Of a stretch of 32,000 nucleotides of DNA, positions 1 to 8,619 are shown piece after piece. A model generated the notes under the pieces. The model searched no databases and was not told the origin of the DNA. It saw only the letters and a list, made by a program, of their open reading frames with translations. Each line of letters starts with the position of its first letter. Position 1 is the first letter of the stretch. The DNA comes from Mycobacterium tuberculosis H37Rv (GTDB taxonomy: Bacteria > Actinomycetota > Actinomycetes > Mycobacteriales > Mycobacteriaceae). The DNA lies in contig NC_000962.3 in the NCBI RefSeq assembly GCF_000195955.2, forward strand, positions 60,001 to 92,000, written 5' to 3'. The translations under genes were made by a program, and so were the position numbers.

Positions 1-417
1 TGCGGGCGGGTGTCTTCACCGGGCCTTAACGTCAGGAAAATGTGTCTGAAAGCCAACACGCCCGGCGCGGTAACCTGGCTCGACACGCCGAAGAGATTCT
101 TGTCCACACAAACGGCGTCGCGTTGTATGGCCGTTAACAGCAGTGATGTCGTAACGGGCCGTATTGATCCACAGGTTCTCCACACCCCGCTCAACACAGA
201 CGTCGACGGATATGCACATGCGATGCACAGCTCCATAAACAGTGGCCCCTTGGAGTACTTGCCAGCAACGTTTAGCGTCTTCCCGGCGCTAGGCGATGTG
301 GGTGACTTGGGCGGTGGTGTCGGTGCGGCGACTTACGCTCTGGATAGGTTGTCGAATATGCGTTCGGGTGCTTGTGTCGGAGGAGGTGAGAGCCCATGGC
401 GGTCGTTGATGACCTAG
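1..417 (+). CDS. C-terminal part of a hypothetical protein (Rv0057-like), 5' end outside the window
   Basis: The frame is open from base 1 to TGA/TAG-type stop ending at 417 and overlaps the dnaB start by 22 nt. Identity rests on synteny only. Confidence 0.45.
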
Positions 418-3020
418 CGCCCGGCATGGACTCCTCACCGCCCAGTGAAGATTACGGCCGTCAACCACCGCAGGATCTCGCCGCCGAGCAGTCCGTGCTG
501 GGCGGGATGTTGCTGAGCAAGGACGCCATCGCCGATGTACTGGAACGGCTACGGCCCGGCGATTTTTATCGTCCGGCGCATCAGAACGTCTACGACGCCA
601 TTTTGGACCTGTATGGGCGGGGAGAACCGGCTGATGCGGTGACGGTGGCCGCCGAACTGGATCGCCGTGGGCTGCTGCGCCGCATCGGCGGTGCTCCCTA
701 CCTGCACACCCTGATCTCGACGGTGCCGACGGCCGCCAACGCGGGCTACTACGCGAGCATCGTTGCCGAAAAGGCGCTGCTGCGCCGGCTGGTAGAGGCC
801 GGAACCCGGGTGGTGCAGTACGGCTATGCCGGCGCCGAAGGCGCGGATGTGGCCGAGGTGGTCGATCGCGCGCAGGCCGAAATCTACGACGTCGCGGATC
901 GGCGGCTGTCGGAAGACTTTGTGGCGCTTGAGGACCTGCTGCAACCGACGATGGACGAGATCGATGCCATCGCTTCCAGTGGCGGCCTGGCGCGCGGGGT
1001 GGCTACCGGCTTCACCGAACTCGACGAGGTCACCAACGGCCTGCATCCGGGGCAGATGGTCATCGTGGCGGCGCGCCCGGGCGTGGGAAAGTCCACCCTT
1101 GGGCTGGACTTCATGCGGTCATGCTCGATCAGGCATCGGATGGCCAGCGTCATCTTCTCGCTGGAGATGAGCAAGTCCGAGATTGTCATGCGACTGCTGT
1201 CGGCGGAGGCCAAAATCAAGCTCTCCGACATGCGTTCGGGCCGGATGAGCGATGACGACTGGACCCGGCTGGCGCGGCGGATGAGCGAAATCAGCGAAGC
1301 GCCACTGTTTATCGACGACTCGCCCAACCTGACCATGATGGAGATCCGTGCCAAGGCGCGCCGCCTGCGGCAAAAGGCCAACCTGAAGTTGATCGTGGTC
1401 GACTACCTGCAACTGATGACCTCGGGCAAGAAGTATGAATCACGGCAGGTGGAGGTGTCGGAGTTCTCGCGGCATCTGAAGCTGTTGGCAAAAGAGCTTG
1501 AGGTTCCCGTGGTCGCGATCAGCCAGCTCAACCGTGGGCCCGAGCAGCGTACCGATAAGAAACCGATGCTGGCCGACCTCAGGGAATCGGGCTGCCTGAC
1601 CGCGTCCACCAGAATCTTGCGCGCCGATACCGGCGCTGAGGTCGCCTTCGGTGAGCTCATGCGAAGCGGTGAACGTCCCATGGTGTGGTCGCTGGACGAG
1701 CGGCTGCGCATGGTGGCCCGGCCGATGATCAACGTGTTCCCGAGCGGGCGCAAGGAAGTGTTTCGGCTTCGGCTGGCTTCCGGACGCGAAGTCGAGGCCA
1801 CCGGCAGCCACCCCTTTATGAAGTTCGAAGGCTGGACTCCCTTGGCGCAGTTGAAGGTTGGTGACCGGATCGCAGCACCGCGCCGGGTACCTGAGCCCAT
1901 CGACACTCAGCGGATGCCCGAGTCTGAGCTCATTTCGCTGGCTCGCATGATCGGTGACGGGTCGTGCCTGAAGAACCAGCCGATCCGCTACGAGCCGGTG
2001 GATGAGGCGAACCTGGCCGCGGTGACGGTCTCGGCGGCGCACTCGGATAGGGCTGCGATCCGCGACGACTACCTCGCAGCTCGAGTGCCGTCGTTGCGCC
2101 CGGCGCGGCAACGACTACCGCGCGGGCGGTGCACGCCGATTGCGGCGTGGCTGGCTGGCCTAGGGCTATTCACGAAACGCAGCCACGAAAAATGCGTACC
2201 GGAGGCTGTATTTCGCGCCCCCAATGACCAGGTGGCGTTGTTTCTGCGGCATCTGTGGAGCGCTGGTGGCTCTGTTCGGTGGGATCCCACGAATGGTCAA
2301 GGCCGGGTCTACTACGGCTCAACCAGTAGGCGTCTCATCGACGATGTGGCTCAATTGCTGCTTCGGGTTGGGATTTTTTCCTGGATCACACACGCCCCAA
2401 AGTTGGGCGGCCACGATTCGTGGCGGCTGCACATTCATGGCGCGAAGGATCAGGTCAGGTTCCTTCGTCACGTCGGCGTTCACGGCGCCGAAGCGGTGGC
2501 GGCCCAAGAGATGCTGCGTCAGCTCAAAGGACCGGTTCGCAACCCGAACCTGGACAGCGCGCCGAAAAAAGTATGGGCGCAAGTCCGCAACCGACTGTCC
2601 GCCAAACAGATGATGGACATCCAGCTCCACGAACCGACGATGTGGAAGCATTCCCCGAGCCGGTCAAGGCCGCATCGCGCGGAGGCGCGGATCGAAGATC
2701 GAGCGATCCATGAGCTGGCGAGAGGCGACGCGTACTGGGACACCGTCGTGGAGATCACCAGCATTGGAGATCAACATGTTTTCGATGGGACTGTAAGCGG
2801 CACACACAATTTCGTCGCCAATGGCATTAGTTTGCACAATTCGCTGGAACAAGATGCCGACGTTGTCATCCTGCTGCATCGACCCGACGCCTTTGACCGC
2901 GACGATCCACGTGGGGGAGAAGCGGATTTCATTCTCGCCAAACACCGCAACGGTCCGACGAAGACGGTCACCGTAGCGCATCAACTGCACCTGTCACGCT
3001 TCGCCAACATGGCTCGGTGA
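396..3020 (+). CDS. dnaB: Replicative DNA helicase DnaB containing an intein
   Basis: 874 aa with an AGGAGG ribosome-binding site before ATG 396. DnaB N-domain, Walker A ([14 protein letters not shown]), and DnaB motifs [20 protein letters not shown] and LADLRESG...[14 protein letters not shown] flank the intein. Confidence 0.98.
1593..2840 (+). mobile_element. DnaB intein (416 aa, residues 400-815) with LAGLIDADG/DOD-type homing endonuclease domain
   Basis: Starts at Cys400 ([17 protein letters not shown]) after the DLRESG extein and ends VANGISLHN before +1 Ser (SLEQDADVV). Block B-like ATGSHPF; DOD-like LARMIGDGS and [10 protein letters not shown]. Confidence 0.96.
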
Positions 3021-3065
3021 CATGCGGATGTGTGGGGTCTCACGGAGCGTGGCCGAATCTCACGA

Positions 3066-3203
3066 ATGATGGGGCCATCAGGGCGGACCGGTCCACGCAT
3101 CCGCGGCGGCGTTGAAGTCCCCGAGCAACACGCGTCGTGGTTGATGCGTGAGATGAGTCAGATCAGGGCGACAGGACGTCGAACCAGTGGGACTAATGCA
3201 TGA
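3066..3203 (+). CDS. Candidate small ORF (45 aa) between dnaB and darT
   Basis: Translates as MMGPSGRTGPRIRGGVEVPEQHASWLMREMSQIRATGRRTSGTNA*. Its TGA (3201-3203) overlaps ATG 3200 of darT. It is in the dnaB frame and open from directly after the dnaB stop. Confidence 0.3.
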   Translation: MMGPSGRTGPRIRGGVEVPEQHASWLMREMSQIRATGRRTSGTNA

Positions 3204-3892
3204 TCACCAGATACAAGCCTGAGTCGGGGTTTGTCGCCCGTAGCGGTGGTCCCGACCGGAAGCGTCCCCATGACTGGATCGTTTGGCACTTCACCCATGC
3301 CGACAATCTCCCTGGGATCATCACCGCTGGCCGTCTGCTGGCCGATTCAGCAGTCACCCCGACGACCGAGGTGGCATATAACCCAGTCAAGGAGTTGCGC
3401 CGCCACAAAGTCGTCGCCCCCGACAGCAGGTACCCGGCGTCGATGGCAAGCGATCATGTGCCGTTCTACATTGCGGCGCGGTCGCCCATGCTCTACGTCG
3501 TATGCAAGGGCCACTCCGGCTACTCCGGCGGTGCCGGCCCGCTGGTGCACCTCGGGGTGGCGCTTGGCGACATCATAGACGCGGATCTGACGTGGTGCGC
3601 CAGTGACGGCAATGCTGCAGCCAGCTACACCAAGTTCAGCCGCCAGGTCGACACGCTCGGCACCTTCGTCGACTTTGACCTGCTCTGCCAGCGGCAATGG
3701 CACAACACCGATGACGACCCCAACCGCCAGAGCCGCCGCGCCGCCGAGATCCTGGTATACGGCCATGTCCCGTTCGAGCTGGTCAGCTACGTGTGTTGCT
3801 ATAACACCGAGACGATGACACGGGTACGAACTCTGCTCGATCCTGTCGGTGGGGTGCGAAAGTATGTCATCAAGCCCGGCATGTACTACTAA
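3200..3892 (+). CDS. darT: DarT-type DNA ADP-ribosyltransferase toxin (DUF4433 family)
   Basis: 230 aa with N-terminal DWIVWHFTHADNLPGIITAGRL, central VPFYIAARSPMLYVV and C-terminal REAAEILVYGHVPFELV (candidate catalytic Glu). Followed by a macrodomain gene. Confidence 0.93.
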   Translation: MITRYKPESGFVARSGGPDRKRPHDWIVWHFTHADNLPGIITAGRLLADSAVTPTTEVAYNPVKELRRHKVVAPDSRYPASMASDHVPFYIAARSPMLYVVCKGHSGYSGGAGPLVHLGVALGDIIDADLTWCASDGNAAASYTKFSRQVDTLGTFVDFDLLCQRQWHNTDDDPNRQSRRAAEILVYGHVPFELVSYVCCYNTETMTRVRTLLDPVGGVRKYVIKPGMYY

Positions 3893-3908
3893 GGAAGGAG
3901 GAGGCCAT

Positions 3909-4967
3909 ATGATCACGTACGGCTCTGGCGACCTCCTTCGGGCTGACACCGAAGCGCTCGTCAACACCGTCAACTGTGTTGGGGTGATGGGCAAGGGAAT
4001 TGCGCTGCAGTTCAAACGCCGCTACCCCGAGATGTTCACCGCCTACGAAAAGGCGTGCAAACGCGGCGAAGTTACCATCGGCAAGATGTTCGTCGTCGAC
4101 ACCGGACAGCTCGACGGACCGAAACACATCATCAACTTCCCCACCAAGAAACACTGGCGTGCACCGTCGAAGCTGGCCTATATCGACGCCGGCCTCATTG
4201 ATCTCATCCGCGTGATCCGTGAACTCAACATTGCTTCTGTGGCAGTTCCCCCGCTGGGGGTGGGCAACGGAGGTCTGGATTGGGAAGATGTCGAGCAACG
4301 GCTCGTATCAGCATTCCAGCAGCTGCCCGACGTTGACGCCGTGATCTACCCCCCATCAGGTGGATCTCGCGCCATCGAGGGCGTCGAAGGACTTCGGATG
4401 ACCTGGGGGCGCGCCGTCATACTCGAAGCGATGCGGCGATATCTCCAGCAGCGCCGCGCGATGGAGCCGTGGGAAGACCCTGCAGGGATCTCGCATCTGG
4501 AGATTCAGAAGCTCATGTACTTCGCCAACGAGGCCGATCCCGATCTTGCGCTAGATTTCACGCCCGGCCGATACGGGCCATACAGCGAACGTGTCCGTCA
4601 CTTACTGCAAGGAATGGAGGGCGCATTCACAGTCGGCCTGGGTGACGGCACCGCAAGAGTTCTTGCGAACCAACCGATCTCGTTGACTACTAAGGGAACT
4701 GACGCCATAACGGACTATCTGGCCACCGATGCGGCAGCTGACCGGGTGAGCGCCGCAGTCGACACGGTGTTGCGCGTCATCGAAGGCTTTGAAGGCCCAT
4801 ACGGGGTTGAGCTGCTCGCCAGTACGCATTGGGTGGCCACACGTGAGGGCGCCAAGGAACCAGCCACGGCAGCGGCCGCGGTCCGAAAGTGGACAAAACG
4901 CAAGGGTCGGATCTACAGCGACGATCGCATCGGTGTTGCCCTCGACCGCATTCTTATGACTGCCTGA
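3909..4967 (+). CDS. darG: DarG-type antitoxin, N-terminal macrodomain plus C-terminal domain
   Basis: AAGGAGGAG ribosome-binding site before ATG 3909. MITYGSGDLLRADTEALVNTVNCVGVMGKGIALQFKRRYPEMF is a macrodomain signature. The C-terminal part contains LEIQKLMYFANEA...GRYGPYSERVRHLLQGMEG. Confidence 0.93.
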   Translation: MITYGSGDLLRADTEALVNTVNCVGVMGKGIALQFKRRYPEMFTAYEKACKRGEVTIGKMFVVDTGQLDGPKHIINFPTKKHWRAPSKLAYIDAGLIDLIRVIRELNIASVAVPPLGVGNGGLDWEDVEQRLVSAFQQLPDVDAVIYPPSGGSRAIEGVEGLRMTWGRAVILEAMRRYLQQRRAMEPWEDPAGISHLEIQKLMYFANEADPDLALDFTPGRYGPYSERVRHLLQGMEGAFTVGLGDGTARVLANQPISLTTKGTDAITDYLATDAAADRVSAAVDTVLRVIEGFEGPYGVELLASTHWVATREGAKEPATAAAAVRKWTKRKGRIYSDDRIGVALDRILMTA

Positions 4968-5011
4968 AAGCGACCGGCTCGTCGTTAAGGATGTGCGCCG
5001 ACGCCCAGCCG

Positions 5012-5350
5012 TCAGGGAGCGTTGGGCTGCTCGGACGGAATTGCCCCACCGCAACCACCCGGTGGCGGCGGGCCGGGGAGGGGCTCACCGCCGCTGACAC
5101 AATCGAAGTAAAACTGTGGGCCGGTAAACCACGTTTGCATCCACTGGTGCCAAAACGAGCCGTCGGGGTACTTCTCGCCGTCGCACACGGCCAAGTCGCC
5201 AAAACCCCATCGGCCACCCGGGCAATAGCCTTTCGTCATGTCCGGCTGATGCGGGTCAGGTGGATCTGCGCTGGCAACCGAGGCAGGAAACACAAGCGCC
5301 GCTGCACAACCCAGTATCGCAGTACTCAGGCGAGCAAACTTCAACTTCAT
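5012..5350 (-). CDS. Small secreted hypothetical protein (Rv0061c-like)
   Basis: 112 aa from ATG at 5350. Signal peptide MKLKFARLSTAILGCAAALVFPASVASADP, then a Cys/Trp/Gly/Pro-rich mature part. A GGAG motif precedes the start. Confidence 0.7.
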   Translation of the reverse strand: MKLKFARLSTAILGCAAALVFPASVASADPPDPHQPDMTKGYCPGGRWGFGDLAVCDGEKYPDGSFWHQWMQTWFTGPQFYFDCVSGGEPLPGPPPPGGCGGAIPSEQPNAP

Positions 5351-5551
5351 TTCAAACTCCGTCAAACGTTGAATCGACTCGGCGGACTCCAAGCGATGGT
5401 CAGCGCTTGCGGATGAGCCGCGGCAATGAGTCGTAGTGGGCAGACATTCCCGAGAACAGCCTGAAATCCTGTTCGGTTGATGCCGTGCCGGCATCGACGT
5501 ACCAGGACGAGGCACTGACTCGGGAAGGCACAGCCGCCGTGGCGATTGTAT

Positions 5552-6694
5552 ATGACGCGTCGGACTGGGCAGCGATGGCGCGGGACTCTGCCCGGGCGCC
5601 GGCCTTGGACACGGCCAGCGCCCGCCACCTGTCGTCGGCATTTGGCGTTTGTCGAATTGCGGCATTATTTTGCTCGGGTGATGTCATCAGCTATTGGTTC
5701 GGTCGCGCGGTGGATAGTCCCCCTCCTGGGGGTTGCAGCCGTTGCTTCCATCGGTGTTATCGCGGACCCGGTGCGGGTCGTTCGGGCCCCGGCGTTGATC
5801 CTGGTCGATGCGGCAAACCCGCTGGCCGGAAAGCCCTTCTACGTCGATCCCGCCTCGGCGGCCATGGTCGCCGCGCGCAACGCCAACCCGCCGAACGCCG
5901 AGCTGACCTCCGTCGCCAACACCCCGCAGTCCTACTGGCTCGACCAGGCATTCCCGCCGGCGACCGTCGGCGGCACGGTTGCCAGGTACACCGGAGCGGC
6001 GCAGGCGGCCGGCGCCATGCCGGTTCTGACGCTGTATGGAATCCCCCATCGCGACTGCGGTAGCTACGCATCCGGTGGGTTCGCGACGGGCACTGATTAC
6101 CGCGGGTGGATCGACGCTGTCGCATCCGGCCTGGGCTCATCGCCGGCGACGATCATCGTCGAACCCGATGCGCTGGCCATGGCCGACTGCCTGTCGCCTG
6201 ACCAGCGCCAGGAACGTTTCGACTTGGTGCGCTACGCCGTCGACACGCTGACCCGCGACCCGGCCGCTGCCGTGTACGTCGATGCGGGGCATTCGCGCTG
6301 GCTGAGCGCCGAGGCAATGGCCGCCAGGCTCAACGATGTCGGTGTGGGCCGCGCGCGCGGGTTTAGCCTCAACGTCTCGAACTTCTACACCACCGATGAG
6401 GAAATCGGCTATGGCGAGGCGATTTCGGGGCTCACGAACGGTTCGCATTACGTGATCGACACGTCGCGCAACGGCGCCGGACCCGCGCCCGACGCCCCGC
6501 TCAACTGGTGTAACCCCAGCGGCCGCGCCCTGGGCGCACCGCCCACCACGGCGACCGCGGGCGCGCACGCCGACGCTTACCTGTGGATCAAACGTCCCGG
6601 GGAATCGGACGGAACCTGCGGTCGCGGGGAGCCTCAGGCGGGTCGGTTCGTTAGCCAGTACGCCATCGATCTGGCCCACAACGCCGGCCAGTAG
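5552..6694 (+). CDS. celA1: Glycoside hydrolase family 6 (endoglucanase-like) protein
   Basis: GH6 motifs TLYGIPHRDCGSYASGG, ATIIVEPDALAMADCL and YVDAGHSRWLS, with an N-terminal hydrophobic segment. Start uncertain (5546, 5552 or ~5681). Confidence 0.88.
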   Translation: MTRRTGQRWRGTLPGRRPWTRPAPATCRRHLAFVELRHYFARVMSSAIGSVARWIVPLLGVAAVASIGVIADPVRVVRAPALILVDAANPLAGKPFYVDPASAAMVAARNANPPNAELTSVANTPQSYWLDQAFPPATVGGTVARYTGAAQAAGAMPVLTLYGIPHRDCGSYASGGFATGTDYRGWIDAVASGLGSSPATIIVEPDALAMADCLSPDQRQERFDLVRYAVDTLTRDPAAAVYVDAGHSRWLSAEAMAARLNDVGVGRARGFSLNVSNFYTTDEEIGYGEAISGLTNGSHYVIDTSRNGAGPAPDAPLNWCNPSGRALGAPPTTATAGAHADAYLWIKRPGESDGTCGRGEPQAGRFVSQYAIDLAHNAGQ

Positions 6695-6922
6695 AGACCT
6701 CACGCGCAGACCGGCTGAGCGTGCGGCCGTTGGGCCGTCGGCGTCGGGTTCGGCCAGGTGGGGTAACGGTTCGGGCACGTTTCCACTACCTCGTGACACG
6801 TCATGCGGCACCGCGGTTCGGGTGGTCGACAATGCGGGACATGACCCAAAATTCGGGGTGCTGCCGGCCCGCAGCGTCGGGCTGCGCCGCGCTGGTGACC
6901 GTCGCGAGACGGGAGCCCGACG

Positions 6923-8362
6923 TTGGCGCGTGAGATCTCACGCCAGACGTTTCTGCGGGGTGCCGCCGGAGCGTTGGCCGCCGGCGCGGTCTTCGGCTCG
7001 GTCCGGGCTACCGCGGATCCGGCTGCCTCTGGCTGGGAGGCTCTTTCTTCCGCCCTCGGAGGGAAAGTGCTACAACCGGACGACGGTCCCCAATTCGCAA
7101 CGGCCAAGCAGGTTTTCAACACCAACTACAACGGCTATACGCCGGCGGTGATCGTTACCCCGACATCGCAGCTGGACGTGCAGAAGGCGATGGCGTTCGC
7201 TGCCGCGAACAACCTCAAGGTGGCCCCACGCGGTGGCGGGCACTCCTACGTGGGGGCGTCCACGGCCAACGGCGCCATGGTGCTCGACCTACGTCAGCTA
7301 CCTGGGGACATCAACTACGACGCCACCACCGGGCGGGTCACGGTGACGCCCGCCACCGGTTTGTACGCCATGCACCAGGTGTTGGCCGCGGCCGGCCGGG
7401 GCATCCCGACCGGCACCTGCCCGACGGTCGGTGTCGCGGGACACGCGCTGGGCGGCGGGCTGGGCGCCAATTCCCGGCACGCCGGCCTGCTCTGTGACCA
7501 ATTGACGTCGGCGTCGGTGGTGCTGCCCAGCGGCCAGGCGGTCACCGCGTCCGCCACCGACCACCCCGACCTGTTCTGGGCGTTGCGCGGTGGCGGTGGC
7601 GGCAACTTCGGCGTGACAACCTCGCTGACCTTCGCGACGTTCCCCAGCGGGGACCTCGACGTCGTGAACCTCAATTTCCCACCGCAGTCGTTCGCGCAGG
7701 TTCTGGTCGGTTGGCAGAATTGGCTGCGAACCGCCGACCGAGGCAGCTGGGCACTGGCCGATGCCACCGTCGACCCGCTGGGCACGCATTGCCGCATCCT
7801 TGCGACCTGCCCGGCCGGGTCGGGCGGCAGCGTGGCGGCCGCCATCGTTTCGGCCGTCGGAACGCAACCGACCGGCACCGAAAACCACACGTTCAACTAT
7901 CTGGACCTGGTCAGATATCTGGCCGTCGGGAACCTCAACCCGTCGCCGCTGGGATATGTCGGCGGATCCGATGTCTTCACGACGATCACTCCGGCGACCG
8001 CCCAGGGAATCGCCTCGGCGGTCGACGCCTTTCCGCGTGGAGCGGGCCGCATGTTGGCGATCATGCACGCCCTCGACGGCGCGCTCGCCACTGTGTCACC
8101 GGGGGCCACGGCCTTCCCGTGGCGTCGGCAGTCGGCGCTGGTGCAGTGGTACGTCGAAACATCCGGCTCCCCGTCGGAAGCGACTAGCTGGCTCAACACC
8201 GCACATCAAGCGGTGCGAGCGTATTCGGTTGGCGGCTATGTGAACTATCTCGAGGTAAACCAACCGCCGGCACGTTACTTTGGCCCGAATCTGTCCCGGC
8301 TGAGCGCAGTACGTCAGAAGTATGACCCCAGCCGGGTCATGTTCTCCGGGCTGAACTTCTAG
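6923..8362 (+). CDS. FAD-binding oxidoreductase of the VAO/BBE type, likely exported
   Basis: 479 aa with RGGGHSYVGAS, CPTVGVAGHALGGGLG and a C-terminal BBE motif (YVNYLEVNQPPARYFGPNLSRLSAVRQKYDPSRVMF). The N-terminal segment resembles a signal peptide. Confidence 0.92.
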   Translation: MAREISRQTFLRGAAGALAAGAVFGSVRATADPAASGWEALSSALGGKVLQPDDGPQFATAKQVFNTNYNGYTPAVIVTPTSQLDVQKAMAFAAANNLKVAPRGGGHSYVGASTANGAMVLDLRQLPGDINYDATTGRVTVTPATGLYAMHQVLAAAGRGIPTGTCPTVGVAGHALGGGLGANSRHAGLLCDQLTSASVVLPSGQAVTASATDHPDLFWALRGGGGGNFGVTTSLTFATFPSGDLDVVNLNFPPQSFAQVLVGWQNWLRTADRGSWALADATVDPLGTHCRILATCPAGSGGSVAAAIVSAVGTQPTGTENHTFNYLDLVRYLAVGNLNPSPLGYVGGSDVFTTITPATAQGIASAVDAFPRGAGRMLAIMHALDGALATVSPGATAFPWRRQSALVQWYVETSGSPSEATSWLNTAHQAVRAYSVGGYVNYLEVNQPPARYFGPNLSRLSAVRQKYDPSRVMFSGLNF

Positions 8363-8423
8363 CAGCCCCGCATGAGTACTAGCCCCTAGGACGGGCCATC
8401 CTCGTCTACCCTGGGAAGTGATC

Positions 8424-8579
8424 ATGGAACTTTCCGTGTCTGTTATCGCGGGGTTGGTCATCGCACTGCTGGCGGCCATCACCCCTGCTGCGGGCGAACG
8501 CCCGGAAAGCCGCCGCCAGGCGCTCGCAAATGCCGCCGAGGCCGGGGAGCATCCGGCCACATCACCGTTGCGACGGTAG
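8424..8579 (+). CDS. Small membrane or secreted ORF (Rv0063a-like)
   Basis: 51 aa: MELSVSVIAGLVIALLAAITPAAGERPESRRQALANAAEAGEHPATSPLRR, with GGGAAG just upstream of ATG 8424. Below the ORF-track length cutoff. Confidence 0.55.
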   Translation: MELSVSVIAGLVIALLAAITPAAGERPESRRQALANAAEAGEHPATSPLRR

Positions 8580-8619
8580 CCGATTCGTCGCGATACGGCT
8601 GTGGAGTTAGGAGGCGCGG

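Noticed and set aside
1403-2111. Minus-strand ORFs (167 and 223 aa) opposite the intein
   Set aside because: Antisense shadow of the strongly supported intein coding sequence, with no recognisable domain.
3849-3908. Upstream start for darG at 3849
   Set aside because: ATG 3909 has a strong AAGGAGGAG ribosome-binding site and begins at the macrodomain. The earlier start would overlap darT by 44 nt.
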